From assembly GCF_039541115.1 (NCBI RefSeq), contig NZ_BAABFP010000002.1, positions 496,001 through 560,000 on the forward strand: 64,000 bases of DNA. The letters run 5' to 3'. How positions within the stretch are numbered: position 1 is the stretch's first letter; every line of letters begins with the position of its first letter. This document shows, one piece after another, positions 27,354-37,216 of the stretch. The position numbers and the translations under genes are program-made. The DNA comes from Angustibacter luteus (GTDB lineage Bacteria; Actinomycetota; Actinomycetes; Actinomycetales; Angustibacteraceae). Below the pieces are notes generated by a model. It did no database searches. It had not been told where the DNA came from and saw only the letters and a program-made list of their open reading frames with translations.

Positions 27354-29623
27354 GCGGTGTCCTCCCCTCCACGAGCTGCGACAGCGGCATTCTTCCAGCC
27401 GGGCATCTTCCAGCCGCGCTCACCCAGGAGGGCGACGACGGCCGGTAGGGCCACGCCTCGCACCAGTGTCGCGTCGATCAGCACCGCCGCCGCGAGGCCG
27501 ACGCCCAGCTGCTTGAAGGTGATCACGTCGAGCGTCGCGAAGATGGAGAACACGGCGACCATGACGACGGCCGCGCTGGTGATGGTTCCCGCGGTGGCAC
27601 CGACGCCTTCCGCGGCGGCTTCGCGGGCACTTCGTCCTGCGAGCCGAGCTTCGCGGATGCGCTCGAGCACCAGCACCGTGTAGTCCATCGAGAGCCCGAA
27701 CAGCACCACGAACATGAACAGGGGCAGCCAGTTGATGATGGGCGCAGACGAGTGGGAGCCGAGCAGAGCCTCGGCCCAGCTGTGCTGGAAGACCAAGGTG
27801 AGGACACCGTAGGCCGCACCGATCGAGAGCAGGTTGAGGCCCATGACAGCAGCCGCCAGCAGCGGTGAGCGGAACGCCAGGAGCAACAGCAGGAACCCGA
27901 GGAGCAGCACGAACCCGATGACCTCCGGGGTGGCCACGCTCATGCGGTGGGAGTAGTCCATCGTCGAGGCAGCGCTGCCCGTGACCAGTGCCGGGGAGCT
28001 GACGCCGTCGATGGTGGTCGCGGTGGGTGCCACGTCATCCCGGAGCTGCTGGATGGTGTTGCTCGCCGCGTCAAGGCCCTGGTCGGGCATGGGCACGTTG
28101 ACGCGGGCGACGTCGCCGTTCGAGGACACCGTGACGGCGACGGGCCCCTGTCCGCCGGTGACCTCTCTCGCCTTCTGTCCGAGTGCGGTGAGGTCTGCCT
28201 GGGCCTTCTGGGTGTCGAGGTCGTGTCCGGTGACGACCAGCTGGGTGTCAGAGGGGGCGCCTGGGAAGGACTTCTCGATGCCCTTCAGTGCCTGGACCAC
28301 CGGCAGGTCCTGGGGAAGGTCGGCGACCCGGAGGTCACCGGTGTGCATCGAGACCATCGGGATGGTCAGGGCGCCGAGAACGGCGACCGCAGCCACCACG
28401 AAGGTGAGCGGACGGTTGGTCACCACACGCGCGAGCCGCGCCCACACGCCGATCGTCTGTCCAGCAGCACGCTCCTCACGGCGGGCGCGAGCCGCGGCGC
28501 GGCGGCGGTAGCCGGGGATACGGCCACGGTCGACCCGGTCACCGAGGAGGGCGAGCATCGCCGGCAGCACCGTGAGCGAACCGAGCACCGCGATCGCGAC
28601 GACCGTGATGGTGCCCAGGCCGACCGAGACGAGGTCGCCGGCGCCGGTGATCAGCAAGCCGGCCAGCGAGATCATCACGGTCAGGCCCGAGATGAGGATC
28701 GCCCGGCCCACGGAGGCGGCCGAGGCGATCAAGGCGGACTCGGGAGTGGCCCGACCGGCAACTCGTGCCGGACCACGTCCCCGTCGGCGCTCCTCACGCT
28801 CGCGGCGCACGTAGAACAGGGAGTAGTCGACGCCTACGGCGAGACCGATCAGGACGACGATGGCCGACGTCGACTCGCTGTTGGGTGCGATGTGCGAGAC
28901 CAGGCCCAGCGCACCGATGGCCGCTACGACAGAGGTAATCCCCAGCACCAGCGGCACGCTGGCGGCCACGAGCGCACCGAAGGCGAGCACGAGGATGAGC
29001 AAGGTGATGGGCAGGGAGATCAGCTCGGCGCGGTGAAGACCCGTCCCGATGACGTCGCTGATCGCTTTCGTCTCGGTCCCGTCACCGACTTCTTGCAGCT
29101 CGGTGCCTGGGTGATCGGCGGAGACCTGCTTGTTGAGGTCGAGCAGCGGTTCGACATGGTCGGCGGCGCCGTCGGGACTCCCGCTCAGCTGGACCTGCAC
29201 GAGGAGCGTTCGGCCACCATCGGCAACCAGGTCCTTGGACTGTGCGGGCCCCGTCACCGACGCGACACCGGGCAGCTCGGCCGCCCGCTTGGTCAGGTCC
29301 GCGGCCGCAGCGCTCGCCTTCACCGCTGACGGTGCGGTGATGAGAATGTTCTCCGAGGCGGGGTCGCGAAGCCCTGCCCGCTGCAGAAGGGCGTCGGCCT
29401 GGGCAGACTCACCGACCTCCGCCTGCACCTGGGTCAGGTTCTGGGTGCCGACCAAGGCACCGGAGGCCAGGCAGGCGACCACGAACAGCAGCCACGCGGC
29501 GATGATCTTCTTCGGATGACGTTGGGCGACGAGCGCGCAACCCCGCACCATGCGGACGAGGACGCCGTGATCTGCCGTCGCTGGGCGAGCGCCACCGCGG
29601 TTGCGAGGGGGTGAGAGGGTCAT
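27350..29623 (-). CDS. MMPL family (RND) transporter
   Basis: GLAVGVDYSLF, FGLSMDY, G..ITSAA..M..VF, DATLVR; two MMPL halves. Confidence 0.93.
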   Translation of the reverse strand: MTLSPPRNRGGARPATADHGVLVRMVRGCALVAQRHPKKIIAAWLLFVVACLASGALVGTQNLTQVQAEVGESAQADALLQRAGLRDPASENILITAPSAVKASAAAADLTKRAAELPGVASVTGPAQSKDLVADGGRTLLVQVQLSGSPDGAADHVEPLLDLNKQVSADHPGTELQEVGDGTETKAISDVIGTGLHRAELISLPITLLILVLAFGALVAASVPLVLGITSVVAAIGALGLVSHIAPNSESTSAIVVLIGLAVGVDYSLFYVRREREERRRGRGPARVAGRATPESALIASAASVGRAILISGLTVMISLAGLLITGAGDLVSVGLGTITVVAIAVLGSLTVLPAMLALLGDRVDRGRIPGYRRRAAARARREERAAGQTIGVWARLARVVTNRPLTFVVAAVAVLGALTIPMVSMHTGDLRVADLPQDLPVVQALKGIEKSFPGAPSDTQLVVTGHDLDTQKAQADLTALGQKAREVTGGQGPVAVTVSSNGDVARVNVPMPDQGLDAASNTIQQLRDDVAPTATTIDGVSSPALVTGSAASTMDYSHRMSVATPEVIGFVLLLGFLLLLLAFRSPLLAAAVMGLNLLSIGAAYGVLTLVFQHSWAEALLGSHSSAPIINWLPLFMFVVLFGLSMDYTVLVLERIREARLAGRSAREAAAEGVGATAGTITSAAVVMVAVFSIFATLDVITFKQLGVGLAAAVLIDATLVRGVALPAVVALLGERGWKMPGWKNAAVAARGGEDTA

Positions 29624-29701
29624 GTCTCCATCGTCGAAGAACGGCACCGGCAGATCACTGGAGCCCGCTGGTGTCTGAGCCGGTGAGCACCCCCGAACCT
29701 G

Positions 29702-29721
29702 TGGTGGGGTTATCCCCACCA
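29702..29721. promoter_or_regulatory. Palindromic operator upstream of MMPL/two-component operon
   Basis: TGGTGGGG-TTAT-CCCCACCA, perfect 8-bp arms ~80 bp upstream of the MMPL start. Confidence 0.55.
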
Positions 29722-29767
29722 TCCGGGCCGGCCCTGAGCACCGGGGCGGAGATGGCTGCGCACATGA

Positions 29768-29800
29768 AAGAGGCCCTCACAGTGACTGTGAGGGCCTCTT
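29768..29800 (-). terminator. Intrinsic terminator downstream of tRNA
   Basis: Perfect 15-bp inverted repeat AAGAGGCCCTCACAG-TGA-CTGTGAGGGCCTCTT. Confidence 0.85.
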
Positions 29801-29808
29801 CCGACTTG

Positions 29809-29882
29809 TAGCGGGGGCAGGATTTGAACCTGCGACCTCTGGGTTATGAGCCCAGCGAGCTACCGAGCTGCTCCACCCCGCG
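29809..29882 (-). tRNA. Initiator tRNA-fMet (CAT); CCA not encoded
   Basis: CGCGGGGTGGAGCAGCTCGGTAGCTCGCTGGGCTCATAACCCAGAGGTCGCAGGTTCAAATCCTGCCCCCGCTA; unpaired C1:72, three consecutive G-C pairs in anticodon stem. Confidence 0.97.
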
Positions 29883-29912
29883 CCGTTCCGGCCTTGCGAC
29901 CGAACTGGCTCA

Positions 29913-29941
29913 ACCTTACGTCAGACCCGGCCCTCGACCAA
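29913..29941 (-). promoter_or_regulatory. Housekeeping-sigma promoter of tRNA-fMet
   Basis: TTGGTC-N17-TAAGGT on minus strand, 30 nt upstream of the mature 5' end. Confidence 0.65.
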
Positions 29942-30049
29942 ATCGGCGGCGAAGTTCTCGAGGCTTGATGCCACTTCTCGAGGCTCCTACGCCTACCTCA
30001 GCGGACGAAACCCTGCTTAACGTGATCAACGGCCGGGGGCGGGCGCGGG

Positions 30050-30478
30050 TCAGCCGAGCGACACGGTCCCGTCGGCGGCGACGGACCAGGACCGGTTGTG
30101 CGCGATCTCCCACACCACCCCGTTGGGATCGCGCACGTGCGCGTTGTAGATCCCGCCGAACGCGCTCTCGGACGGCGGACGCACCACCGCCCCTCCGACC
30201 GACTCGAGCAGCGCGACGGTCGAGTCGACGTCGGCCCTCGACCCCAGGTTGTGCGACAGCGTCACGCCGCTGACCGCCGGCGGCACCGCTCCCCCGGCAT
30301 CAGCGGCGAACTTCTCCGCGTCGAAGAACCCGAGCACCTGGCCGGGCGCGACCTGGAAGAACACGATCTCGCCCGGCACGTCCAGCAGCGGGGCCCAACC
30401 CAGCCCGGCCACGTAGAACGCGCGCGCCGCATCCAGGTCCGCCGTGGCGAACGTCAGGAAGCTGACCTGCGGTTCCAT
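30050..30478 (-). CDS. VOC/glyoxalase family protein
   Basis: MEPQVSFLTFATADLDAARAFY..GLGW, TLSHN, DPNGVVWEIAHN. Confidence 0.88.
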   Translation of the reverse strand: MEPQVSFLTFATADLDAARAFYVAGLGWAPLLDVPGEIVFFQVAPGQVLGFFDAEKFAADAGGAVPPAVSGVTLSHNLGSRADVDSTVALLESVGGAVVRPPSESAFGGIYNAHVRDPNGVVWEIAHNRSWSVAADGTVSLG

Positions 30479-30488
30479 GCCGCCGACC

Positions 30489-33400
30489 TCAGGGGGTCGA
30501 GGCCGTGGACGACGGGCTGGACGTGGCCGACGGAGTCGCCGAGGGCTTAGGCGTGGCAGTCGCACCACCAGATGCCGCGACGCGCTTGTCCGCGTCCACG
30601 GCCCGCTGCAGTGCCTCCTCCAACGCCTTCTGCGCCACGCCGTAGGCCGCGAAGTCGTTCTTCGCCAACGCCGCCTGACCGTCCTTGATGGCGGCCTGGG
30701 CGTCCGCGAGCGCCTTCGCGAGGTCGGTCGACGCGTTCGTCGTCCCACCCGTCCCGGTTCCCGTGCCGCCACTGGTCCCGCCGCCGCCGGCCCCGGCATC
30801 ACCAGCAGTCGCGCCGGAGTTGCCGCCGAAGACCTGGTCCAGCGCCTCGTCCAAGGTGTCGCCGAAACCGATCTTGTCGCCGAAGCTGACCAAGACCTTC
30901 TGCAGCAACGGATAGGACGTCGTCCCGGTGCCTCGCACGTAGACCGGCTGCACGTAGAGCAGGCCGCCGCCGACGGGCAGGGTCAGCAGGTTGCCGCTCT
31001 CGACCTTGGTCGAGCCCTGGCGCAGCAGGTTCAGCTGCTGCGAGACGGTCGGGTTGGCGTTGAAGTTGTTCTGCACCTGCCCGGGCCCGGAGACCACGGT
31101 GTCCTTGGGCAGCTGCAGCACGCGCAGCTTGCCGTAGCCCGCACGCTTCTGGCCGGCCACGTCACCGGCGTTGGCGTCCACCGCGGCGAAGGCGGTCAGC
31201 ACGTTCCGCGTCCCGGCACCGCTGGGGATGAAGGTCGACGTCAACGAGAACGTGGCGCCCTTCTGGTCCGGCATCTGCAGCGTCAGGTAGTACGGCGGCT
31301 GGTCGACGGCGCCGGCGTGCGTCGGGTCGTCCGGCACGGACCAGAAGTCGCTACCGCCGTAGAAGGCGCTCGGGTCGCTGACGTGGTACTTCGCCAGGAT
31401 CGAGCGCTGCACCTTGAACATGTCCTCGGGGTAGCGCAGGTGCGACATGAGCTGGCCGGAGATCTGCGAGACCGGCCGCACGGTGCCCGGGTAGATCTTC
31501 ATCCAGGTCTTCAGCACCGGGTCCGTCGGGTCCCACGCGTACAGCCGCACGGTGCCGTCGTACGCGTCGACGGTCGCCTTGACCGAGTTGCGCAGGTAGT
31601 TGATCTTGTTGTTGGCCAACGCCTGCACGCTCGTGGTCTGCGCGGTCAGCGAGTCGGCGGTCGCGTCACCCAGCTGGGACTTCTGCGCGTTCGGGTACTT
31701 GTCCGTCGTCGTGTAGCCGTCGAGGATCCACTGCACCCGCCCGTCCACCACGGCGGGGTACGGGTCGCCGTCCACGGTGAGCCACGGGGCGACCTTCTCG
31801 ACCCGGTCCCGCGGCTTGCGGTCGAACAGGATCCGCGAGTCGGAGTTCACCCGGTCCGAGACCAGGATGTTGTACTCCTGGTTGGCGATCGCGAAGGCCA
31901 TCTGCCGCGGGAACGAGCCGATCGAGACGCCGCCCTTGCCGGTGTAGGTGTTGTTCTTCTGCCCGCTGGCGCTGGTGTCCGGGTAGTCGAGCTCGACCGG
32001 GGCGCTGCTCTTCGGCGCACCGACGATCGAGTAGTCCGGCGACTGCTCGCCGAAGTAGATCCGCGGCTCGTACTCACCGAGCTCACCGGTGGGCGGGATG
32101 TCGCCCTCGGAGAACACCGGCTTGCCGTCGGTCTCGCGCTTGTTGCCGAAGGCCGACACCACGCCGAAGCCGTGCGTGTACGTCGTGTGGTCGTTGACCC
32201 AGTTGCGCTGCGCGGTGGCCAGACCGTCCAGCTCGACCTCGCGAACGGCGACCACGGTGTCCTGGGACTTGCCGTTGATCACGTAGCGGTCGACGTCCAG
32301 GCTGTCCGGGAACGCGTAGTACTGCCGGACCTGCTCCAGCTGGCGGAAGGCGTCGGAGACCAGCGCGGGGTCGAGCAGCCGGATGCCCGGCACGGTCTCG
32401 GCGTCGTTGCGCAGCTGACCGGACGTGACACTCGTCTTGGCGTTGTACTCCTGGACGTCGACGTCGTCGAGCCCGTACGCCGCGCGGGTCGCGGCGATGT
32501 TGCGCTCGATGTACGTCCGCTCCCGCGAGGACTCGCTCGGCTTGACCTGGAACCGTTGCACCGCAGCCGGATAGATCCCGCCGACGACGATCGCGCAGAC
32601 CACGAGCAGGGCGACGCCCAGGCCGGGCAGGCGCCACGAGTCCAGCCAGATCGCCGCGATGACGACGAGCCCGACCACGATCGAAGCGATCGCCAGGAAC
32701 AGCTTGGCCGGCAGCACCGCGTTCACGTCGGTGTAGGTCATGCCGGTGAAGTCGCGGGCCAGCGAGTGCTCGGCCGTGGTGAGGCTGTACCGGTCCAGCC
32801 AGTAGCCGGCGCCGCGCAGCAGCAGGAAGATGCCGACCAGCACGGACAGGTGCACGCGGGCCGCCGTCGTCGTCCGCTGGTCACCGCCCTGCAGGCGCAG
32901 GCCGCCGTACAGGTAGTGCACGACGAACGCCGCGATGAACGAGAGCACGACCGCGGCGGTCAGGACGCCCAGCACCAGTCGCAGGAACGGCAGCGTGAAG
33001 ACGAAGAACCCGACGTCCAGCCCGAACTGCGGGTCCTTGACGTGGAACGGCGTGCGGTGCAGCCACAGCAGGTAGGTCTGCCAGCGCCCGGCCGTCGCGG
33101 CGCCGGCGATGAGGCCGACCGCCACCGGCAGCACGATGGTCGCCAGCTTGCGGAGCGGCTCGACCTGCTCGCGGTAGCGGTCCAGGCTCGCCTGCTCCGG
33201 GGACACCGGCGCGTAGACCGGCCGGGTCCGGTAGGCCAGCGACAGGGAGAGCGCCACCGCACCACCGACGAGCACTGCCGCCACCACGAACAGCAGCACC
33301 CGCGCGCTCAGCGTGGTGCTGAACACCTTCGTGTAGCCGACGGACTGGAACCACAGCACGTTCACCCACACCCGTGAGGCAAAGACCACGAGCAGCACGA

Positions 33401-33512
33401 GGCCGACCACCACGATGATCGTGGGCACCAGCGGACCGCGGCGACGCGGCGAGACCACTGGTCGGTCGCCGTCCCGGCGACCCTGTCCACCCCATGGTGG
33501 GTTGAAGCTCAC
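30489..33512 (-). CDS. UPF0182 family membrane protein
   Basis: LWFQSVGY, DPQFGLDVGFFVFTLP, YTDVNA, YIERNIAATRAAYGL, YTHGFG, NYLRNSVKATVDAYDG, YVQPVY. Confidence 0.95.
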   Translation of the reverse strand: MSFNPPWGGQGRRDGDRPVVSPRRRGPLVPTIIVVVGLVLLVVFASRVWVNVLWFQSVGYTKVFSTTLSARVLLFVVAAVLVGGAVALSLSLAYRTRPVYAPVSPEQASLDRYREQVEPLRKLATIVLPVAVGLIAGAATAGRWQTYLLWLHRTPFHVKDPQFGLDVGFFVFTLPFLRLVLGVLTAAVVLSFIAAFVVHYLYGGLRLQGGDQRTTTAARVHLSVLVGIFLLLRGAGYWLDRYSLTTAEHSLARDFTGMTYTDVNAVLPAKLFLAIASIVVGLVVIAAIWLDSWRLPGLGVALLVVCAIVVGGIYPAAVQRFQVKPSESSRERTYIERNIAATRAAYGLDDVDVQEYNAKTSVTSGQLRNDAETVPGIRLLDPALVSDAFRQLEQVRQYYAFPDSLDVDRYVINGKSQDTVVAVREVELDGLATAQRNWVNDHTTYTHGFGVVSAFGNKRETDGKPVFSEGDIPPTGELGEYEPRIYFGEQSPDYSIVGAPKSSAPVELDYPDTSASGQKNNTYTGKGGVSIGSFPRQMAFAIANQEYNILVSDRVNSDSRILFDRKPRDRVEKVAPWLTVDGDPYPAVVDGRVQWILDGYTTTDKYPNAQKSQLGDATADSLTAQTTSVQALANNKINYLRNSVKATVDAYDGTVRLYAWDPTDPVLKTWMKIYPGTVRPVSQISGQLMSHLRYPEDMFKVQRSILAKYHVSDPSAFYGGSDFWSVPDDPTHAGAVDQPPYYLTLQMPDQKGATFSLTSTFIPSGAGTRNVLTAFAAVDANAGDVAGQKRAGYGKLRVLQLPKDTVVSGPGQVQNNFNANPTVSQQLNLLRQGSTKVESGNLLTLPVGGGLLYVQPVYVRGTGTTSYPLLQKVLVSFGDKIGFGDTLDEALDQVFGGNSGATAGDAGAGGGGTSGGTGTGTGGTTNASTDLAKALADAQAAIKDGQAALAKNDFAAYGVAQKALEEALQRAVDADKRVAASGGATATPKPSATPSATSSPSSTASTP

Positions 33513-33625
33513 GGTTGATCCCCTTGCTGTCGGTGTCGGGGCCAACCTGGGGCGGGCCTCGTCCGGACAACTTACCTGTGCTCCCTGGGGTTCCCGTTGT
33601 CGTGTAACAGTCCGGTATTGGCACT

Positions 33626-34162
33626 ATGGGCGCCGTGAGCGACTCCCTGACCCGAGCCCTGCTGGAGACCGAGCGGCACGTCGCCGAAGCGGGCTGGGAC
33701 CAGCCGCCCCGGCTCTTCGCCCTGGTGCGCACCACGGACCTGCTCGAACGCGAGCCCGCACTGCGCACCCAGCTCGACCCCGGCACCCTCACCGCGGCGG
33801 CCGCCGACCCCGACCACCTGATCGCCATCGAGCAGGACGGCGTGCCCGCCACCTCGCACCTGGAGTCGATCCTCGGGCAGCTTGCCTGGGGTCCGGACGT
33901 CGACGGGGTGGCCATCACCGCCGAACGCGTCGTCGTCCCGCCAGAGGCCGAGCGTGACCTGCCCACCGGGCAGCAGGAGGCCGTCGACTACCTCGCCGCG
34001 CACCCGCAGCGCCAGGACGTCCGGCTCGTCGTCGCCGTGCTGCGTGGCGGCGAGCACCAGTGCGGCGTCCGTCAGCGCCAGCAGGACGACGCCAGCTCGG
34101 TCGCCGTCGGGCCCGACCTCGTGCCGGGGCTGGTCGCCGCGCTCGCCGCAACCCTGGACTGA
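33626..34162 (+). CDS. PPA1309 family protein
   Basis: E.HV...GWDQPPRLFALV, HPQRQDVRL..AVLR, GPDLVPGL..AL..TL; usual position beside UPF0182. Confidence 0.85.
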   Translation: MGAVSDSLTRALLETERHVAEAGWDQPPRLFALVRTTDLLEREPALRTQLDPGTLTAAAADPDHLIAIEQDGVPATSHLESILGQLAWGPDVDGVAITAERVVVPPEAERDLPTGQQEAVDYLAAHPQRQDVRLVVAVLRGGEHQCGVRQRQQDDASSVAVGPDLVPGLVAALAATLD

Positions 34163-34166
34163 CTCC

Positions 34167-35282
34167 TCAGGAGGCCTTGCAGACCGGCAGGCTCGCCCCG
34201 TCGCCGGTGGCGATCTTCTCCACGTCGTCCCGGGTCTGCGTCAGGTTCGACGACGACACCACGTGCAGTCCGGCGGGGATGTGCCCGACGACCTCGTTGC
34301 AGTTCGACTGGGGCGCGATGAACCACTTCGCCCCCGCCCGGCGAGCGCCGACGAGCTTCTGCGCGATGCCGCCGATCGGGCCGACGTTGCCGGCGCCGTC
34401 GATGGTGCCGGTGCCGGCGATCTGCGCGCCGGCACCGAGGTCGCCCTCGGTCAGCAGGTCGTAGATGCCGAGCGCGAACATCATCCCGGCGCTCGGCCCG
34501 CCGACGTCCTTGGTGGCGAACTCGACGTCCACCGGGAAGTCGTAGGTGGTCTTCAGGTCCACCCCGAGCACGGTGCGCCCGTCCGAGCTGCCCGTCGTCG
34601 TCTTGAGCTCGGTGCTCGTCCCGTTCCGCCGCACGGTCACCCGGACGTCGGCGCCGGGCTTGAGCTTCTGCACCGTCGCACGCAGATGGGCGCTGTCGAC
34701 GACCTTGGTGCCGTCGATCGCGGTGATCACGTCATCGGCCTTGAGCACCTTGGCGGCCGGCATCCCCTTGCTGACGTCGGCGATGGTGATCTTCTCCGGC
34801 ACGGTGTAGCCGGCCAACCGCAGCCCGGCCGCCGTGGCCTGCTGCTGCGAGTCCGACATCTCGGCCTGCGTCTCGGCCTGCGCCTCGCCCTGGGTCTGCC
34901 CGGGCGGGAAGACCTGCTCGACGGGCACGACGGCGCGGGTCGGCGAGATCCAGCCGCGCAGCACGTCGAGCATCGAGACCTTGTTGCCCGGGCCGCCGAA
35001 GACGGACACCGTGGTCATGTCCAGCGTGCTGCCGTCGACGGGACGGAAGCTCTTCGTCGGCGGGTTGATCGTGATCAGCTCGAGCGGGCCGACCTTGCCG
35101 AGCACGTTCGTGGCCGGCCCGGGCGCGTAGATCGCGTACGGCGCGGGCAGCAGCGAGATCACCCCGCCGAGCACGATCGCCAGGATGCCGGTCACCGCCA
35201 TCGTCAGGGTCCGCGAGGACAGGCCGGACGACGAGGGCGGCGGCGCGTCGACGTACGGCGCCTGGCTCTCCAGCTGGCTCAT
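34167..35282 (-). CDS. PDZ domain / Lon-type S16 serine protease (YlbL/SdrC family)
   Basis: N-terminal TM, PDZ domain, catalytic GGPSAG, AGTGTI, GGIAQK. Confidence 0.92.
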   Translation of the reverse strand: MSQLESQAPYVDAPPPSSSGLSSRTLTMAVTGILAIVLGGVISLLPAPYAIYAPGPATNVLGKVGPLELITINPPTKSFRPVDGSTLDMTTVSVFGGPGNKVSMLDVLRGWISPTRAVVPVEQVFPPGQTQGEAQAETQAEMSDSQQQATAAGLRLAGYTVPEKITIADVSKGMPAAKVLKADDVITAIDGTKVVDSAHLRATVQKLKPGADVRVTVRRNGTSTELKTTTGSSDGRTVLGVDLKTTYDFPVDVEFATKDVGGPSAGMMFALGIYDLLTEGDLGAGAQIAGTGTIDGAGNVGPIGGIAQKLVGARRAGAKWFIAPQSNCNEVVGHIPAGLHVVSSSNLTQTRDDVEKIATGDGASLPVCKAS

Positions 35283-35494
35283 TCGCTGTCCTTCTCTTGC
35301 CGGCGCACCTGCGCCATCGCCTCGCGGAAACGGGTGTAGTCCTCGATCGTGTCGGTGCCGTCCTTGGGCCGGCGCTCGCGCCGGGCCACTCCCACGACGA
35401 CGAGCACGACCACGGTCGCGGCCACCGGCACCAGCCACCAGAACCAGAACGGCGCGCTGGAGACCGAGAGCGCCACGACCGACGGCTCACCCAC
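35279..35494 (-). CDS. Small membrane hypothetical protein
   Basis: WW.VP hydrophobic helix followed by basic tail and IEDY.RFREAM; ATGA overlap with the PDZ gene. Confidence 0.65.
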   Translation of the reverse strand: MGEPSVVALSVSSAPFWFWWLVPVAATVVVLVVVGVARRERRPKDGTDTIEDYTRFREAMAQVRRQEKDSE

Positions 35495-35524
35495 GACGAC
35501 TCACCCCATGAGCGTAGACCGCCG

Positions 35525-35950
35525 TCAGGGCAGCCCGACCCACTCCTGCCCTCCGTCACCGAAGGCCTGGTTCTTCCAGATCGGCACGGTGGACTTCAAC
35601 GTGTCGATCAGGTCGCGGGCGGCGTCGAAGGCCGTGCCGCGGTGCCGCGCGCTGGCGGCCAGGACGACGGCCAGGTCACCGACGTCCAGGTGCCCCACCC
35701 GGTGGACCGCGGCGAGCGCCACCACGTCGTGCCGCGCGGCGACCTGCTCGCAGACGTCGCGCAGCCGCTCGTGGGCGCTGGGGTGGGCCGTGTAGTCGAG
35801 CGCGGCCACCTCCCGCTCGTGGTCGATGTCGCGGACCGCGCCGACGAACACGCACAGCCCGCCCGCCGTGCGGTCCGCGACGGCGGCCAGCACCTCGTCC
35901 ACGGACAGCGCGGTGTCGCGTAGCTCGCACAACCGGACCGGGTCGCTCAC
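35525..35950 (-). CDS. moaE: Molybdopterin synthase catalytic subunit
   Basis: GG...FVG.VRD, L.Y.AHP, HRVG.L.VGD, HR..AF.A, VPIWK. Confidence 0.93.
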   Translation of the reverse strand: MSDPVRLCELRDTALSVDEVLAAVADRTAGGLCVFVGAVRDIDHEREVAALDYTAHPSAHERLRDVCEQVAARHDVVALAAVHRVGHLDVGDLAVVLAASARHRGTAFDAARDLIDTLKSTVPIWKNQAFGDGGQEWVGLP

Positions 35951-37104
35951 GAGCGCCTCCCTCGACGTCGACGGACGATGGCCGCGGTGCCCACCAGGGC
36001 CACGGCGGCGCCGGCCGCGCCCAGCGCGGCGTCCTTGCGGTCCAGCCGGCGGGCGGCCACGGCGTGGTGCCCGCGGACCTGCTCGAGCAGCTCCCCCAGG
36101 CAGGTCTCGTTGTCGTACATCGGCTCCCAGCCGGCCGCCCGCAGCCCGGACGACGCGACCGCCCACGGGTGCACCACGAAGGCCAGGTCGCTGGCCGGCG
36201 CGGGCAGGACCCCGACCCGGTGCAGCCGTTCGGCGGTGCCGAAGGCCAGCGACGCGGGCAGCTCGACCCGGCGCATACCGGACAACCGCTCGACGTCATC
36301 CTGGGCCAGCCAGCCCTCGCACCCCACGGTCAGCGCGCCGTCCAGCCCGGCGACGACGGCGGTGACGACCGCGTCGGCGAGGTCGGCCAGGTGGCAGAAC
36401 TGCCAGACCGTCGTGCTCTCGCGCAGCACCAGCAGCCGGGGCGCCTCGAAGTGCCGGGACACGATGGTGTCGACGCCGGGCCCGACCAGCGCGGCCGGGC
36501 GCAGCACGGTCGTGCCGACCCCGGGGTGCGTCCGGGTCACCCGGGCGAGCACCTGCTCGACCTCGAGCAGGTCGCCGACGGTGCCCGAGTCCGGCACCGC
36601 CGCGACGGGGGCGTCGTCCGGCAGCGGCACCGGGTTGTCCGCGGTCGCGCCCAGCACCATCGCGCTGGTCACCGCGACCAGGCGGGAGGCGCCGACCGCG
36701 GCGGTGGCCGTCGCGACGGCCTGCGCGCGGCGCACTGCCTGCTCGCGGCGGCGGTCGGCGGGCACGCCGAGCGCGGTCGCCAGGTCGGTCGGGGCGGCCA
36801 GCAGGACGACGACGTCGACCCCCCGCAGCCGTTCGGCGACGTCCGGGCTGTCGACCGGACCGACCCGCCAGGTCGCGTGCTGCGCGGTCCCGCGCTCGGC
36901 GTCCAGGGCAATGACCTTGGCGACCGTGCCCTCGGCCACCTGTGCAACGAGCCGCTCGGTCACCACGGTGCCGAGGGCGTCCGCCGCACCGACGACAGCC
37001 ACCGTGGGCCGCTTGGGACGGCGGCCGATCCGGCGGCGCGCCGGTGCTGGGGATTTCGCCGTTGGTGAAGATCCCGGGGACGTGGGCGACTCGGGGGAAC
37101 TCAC
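35947..37104 (-). CDS. NAD-dependent epimerase/dehydratase (SDR) family protein
   Basis: VAVVGA...LG, TSAMV.GA..DNPVPL, RHFEAPRLL, WQFCH; syntenic with moaE. Confidence 0.85.
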   Translation of the reverse strand: MSSPESPTSPGSSPTAKSPAPARRRIGRRPKRPTVAVVGAADALGTVVTERLVAQVAEGTVAKVIALDAERGTAQHATWRVGPVDSPDVAERLRGVDVVVLLAAPTDLATALGVPADRRREQAVRRAQAVATATAAVGASRLVAVTSAMVLGATADNPVPLPDDAPVAAVPDSGTVGDLLEVEQVLARVTRTHPGVGTTVLRPAALVGPGVDTIVSRHFEAPRLLVLRESTTVWQFCHLADLADAVVTAVVAGLDGALTVGCEGWLAQDDVERLSGMRRVELPASLAFGTAERLHRVGVLPAPASDLAFVVHPWAVASSGLRAAGWEPMYDNETCLGELLEQVRGHHAVAARRLDRKDAALGAAGAAVALVGTAAIVRRRRGRRS

Positions 37105-37216
37105 CGGCCACCTCCCTGGTTATCGTCGTGAACAGCCGACCAACGGCCGGGCGGCGCCATCTTCGCAGAGGCGCGCCATCCGCGCGGACGACCCGGCACC
37201 GAGCGAGGAGCGGCAG

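Noticed and set aside
29955..29985. 11-bp direct repeat TTCTCGAGGCT upstream of the tRNA promoter
   Set aside because: Two copies only, with no associated element or interpretable function
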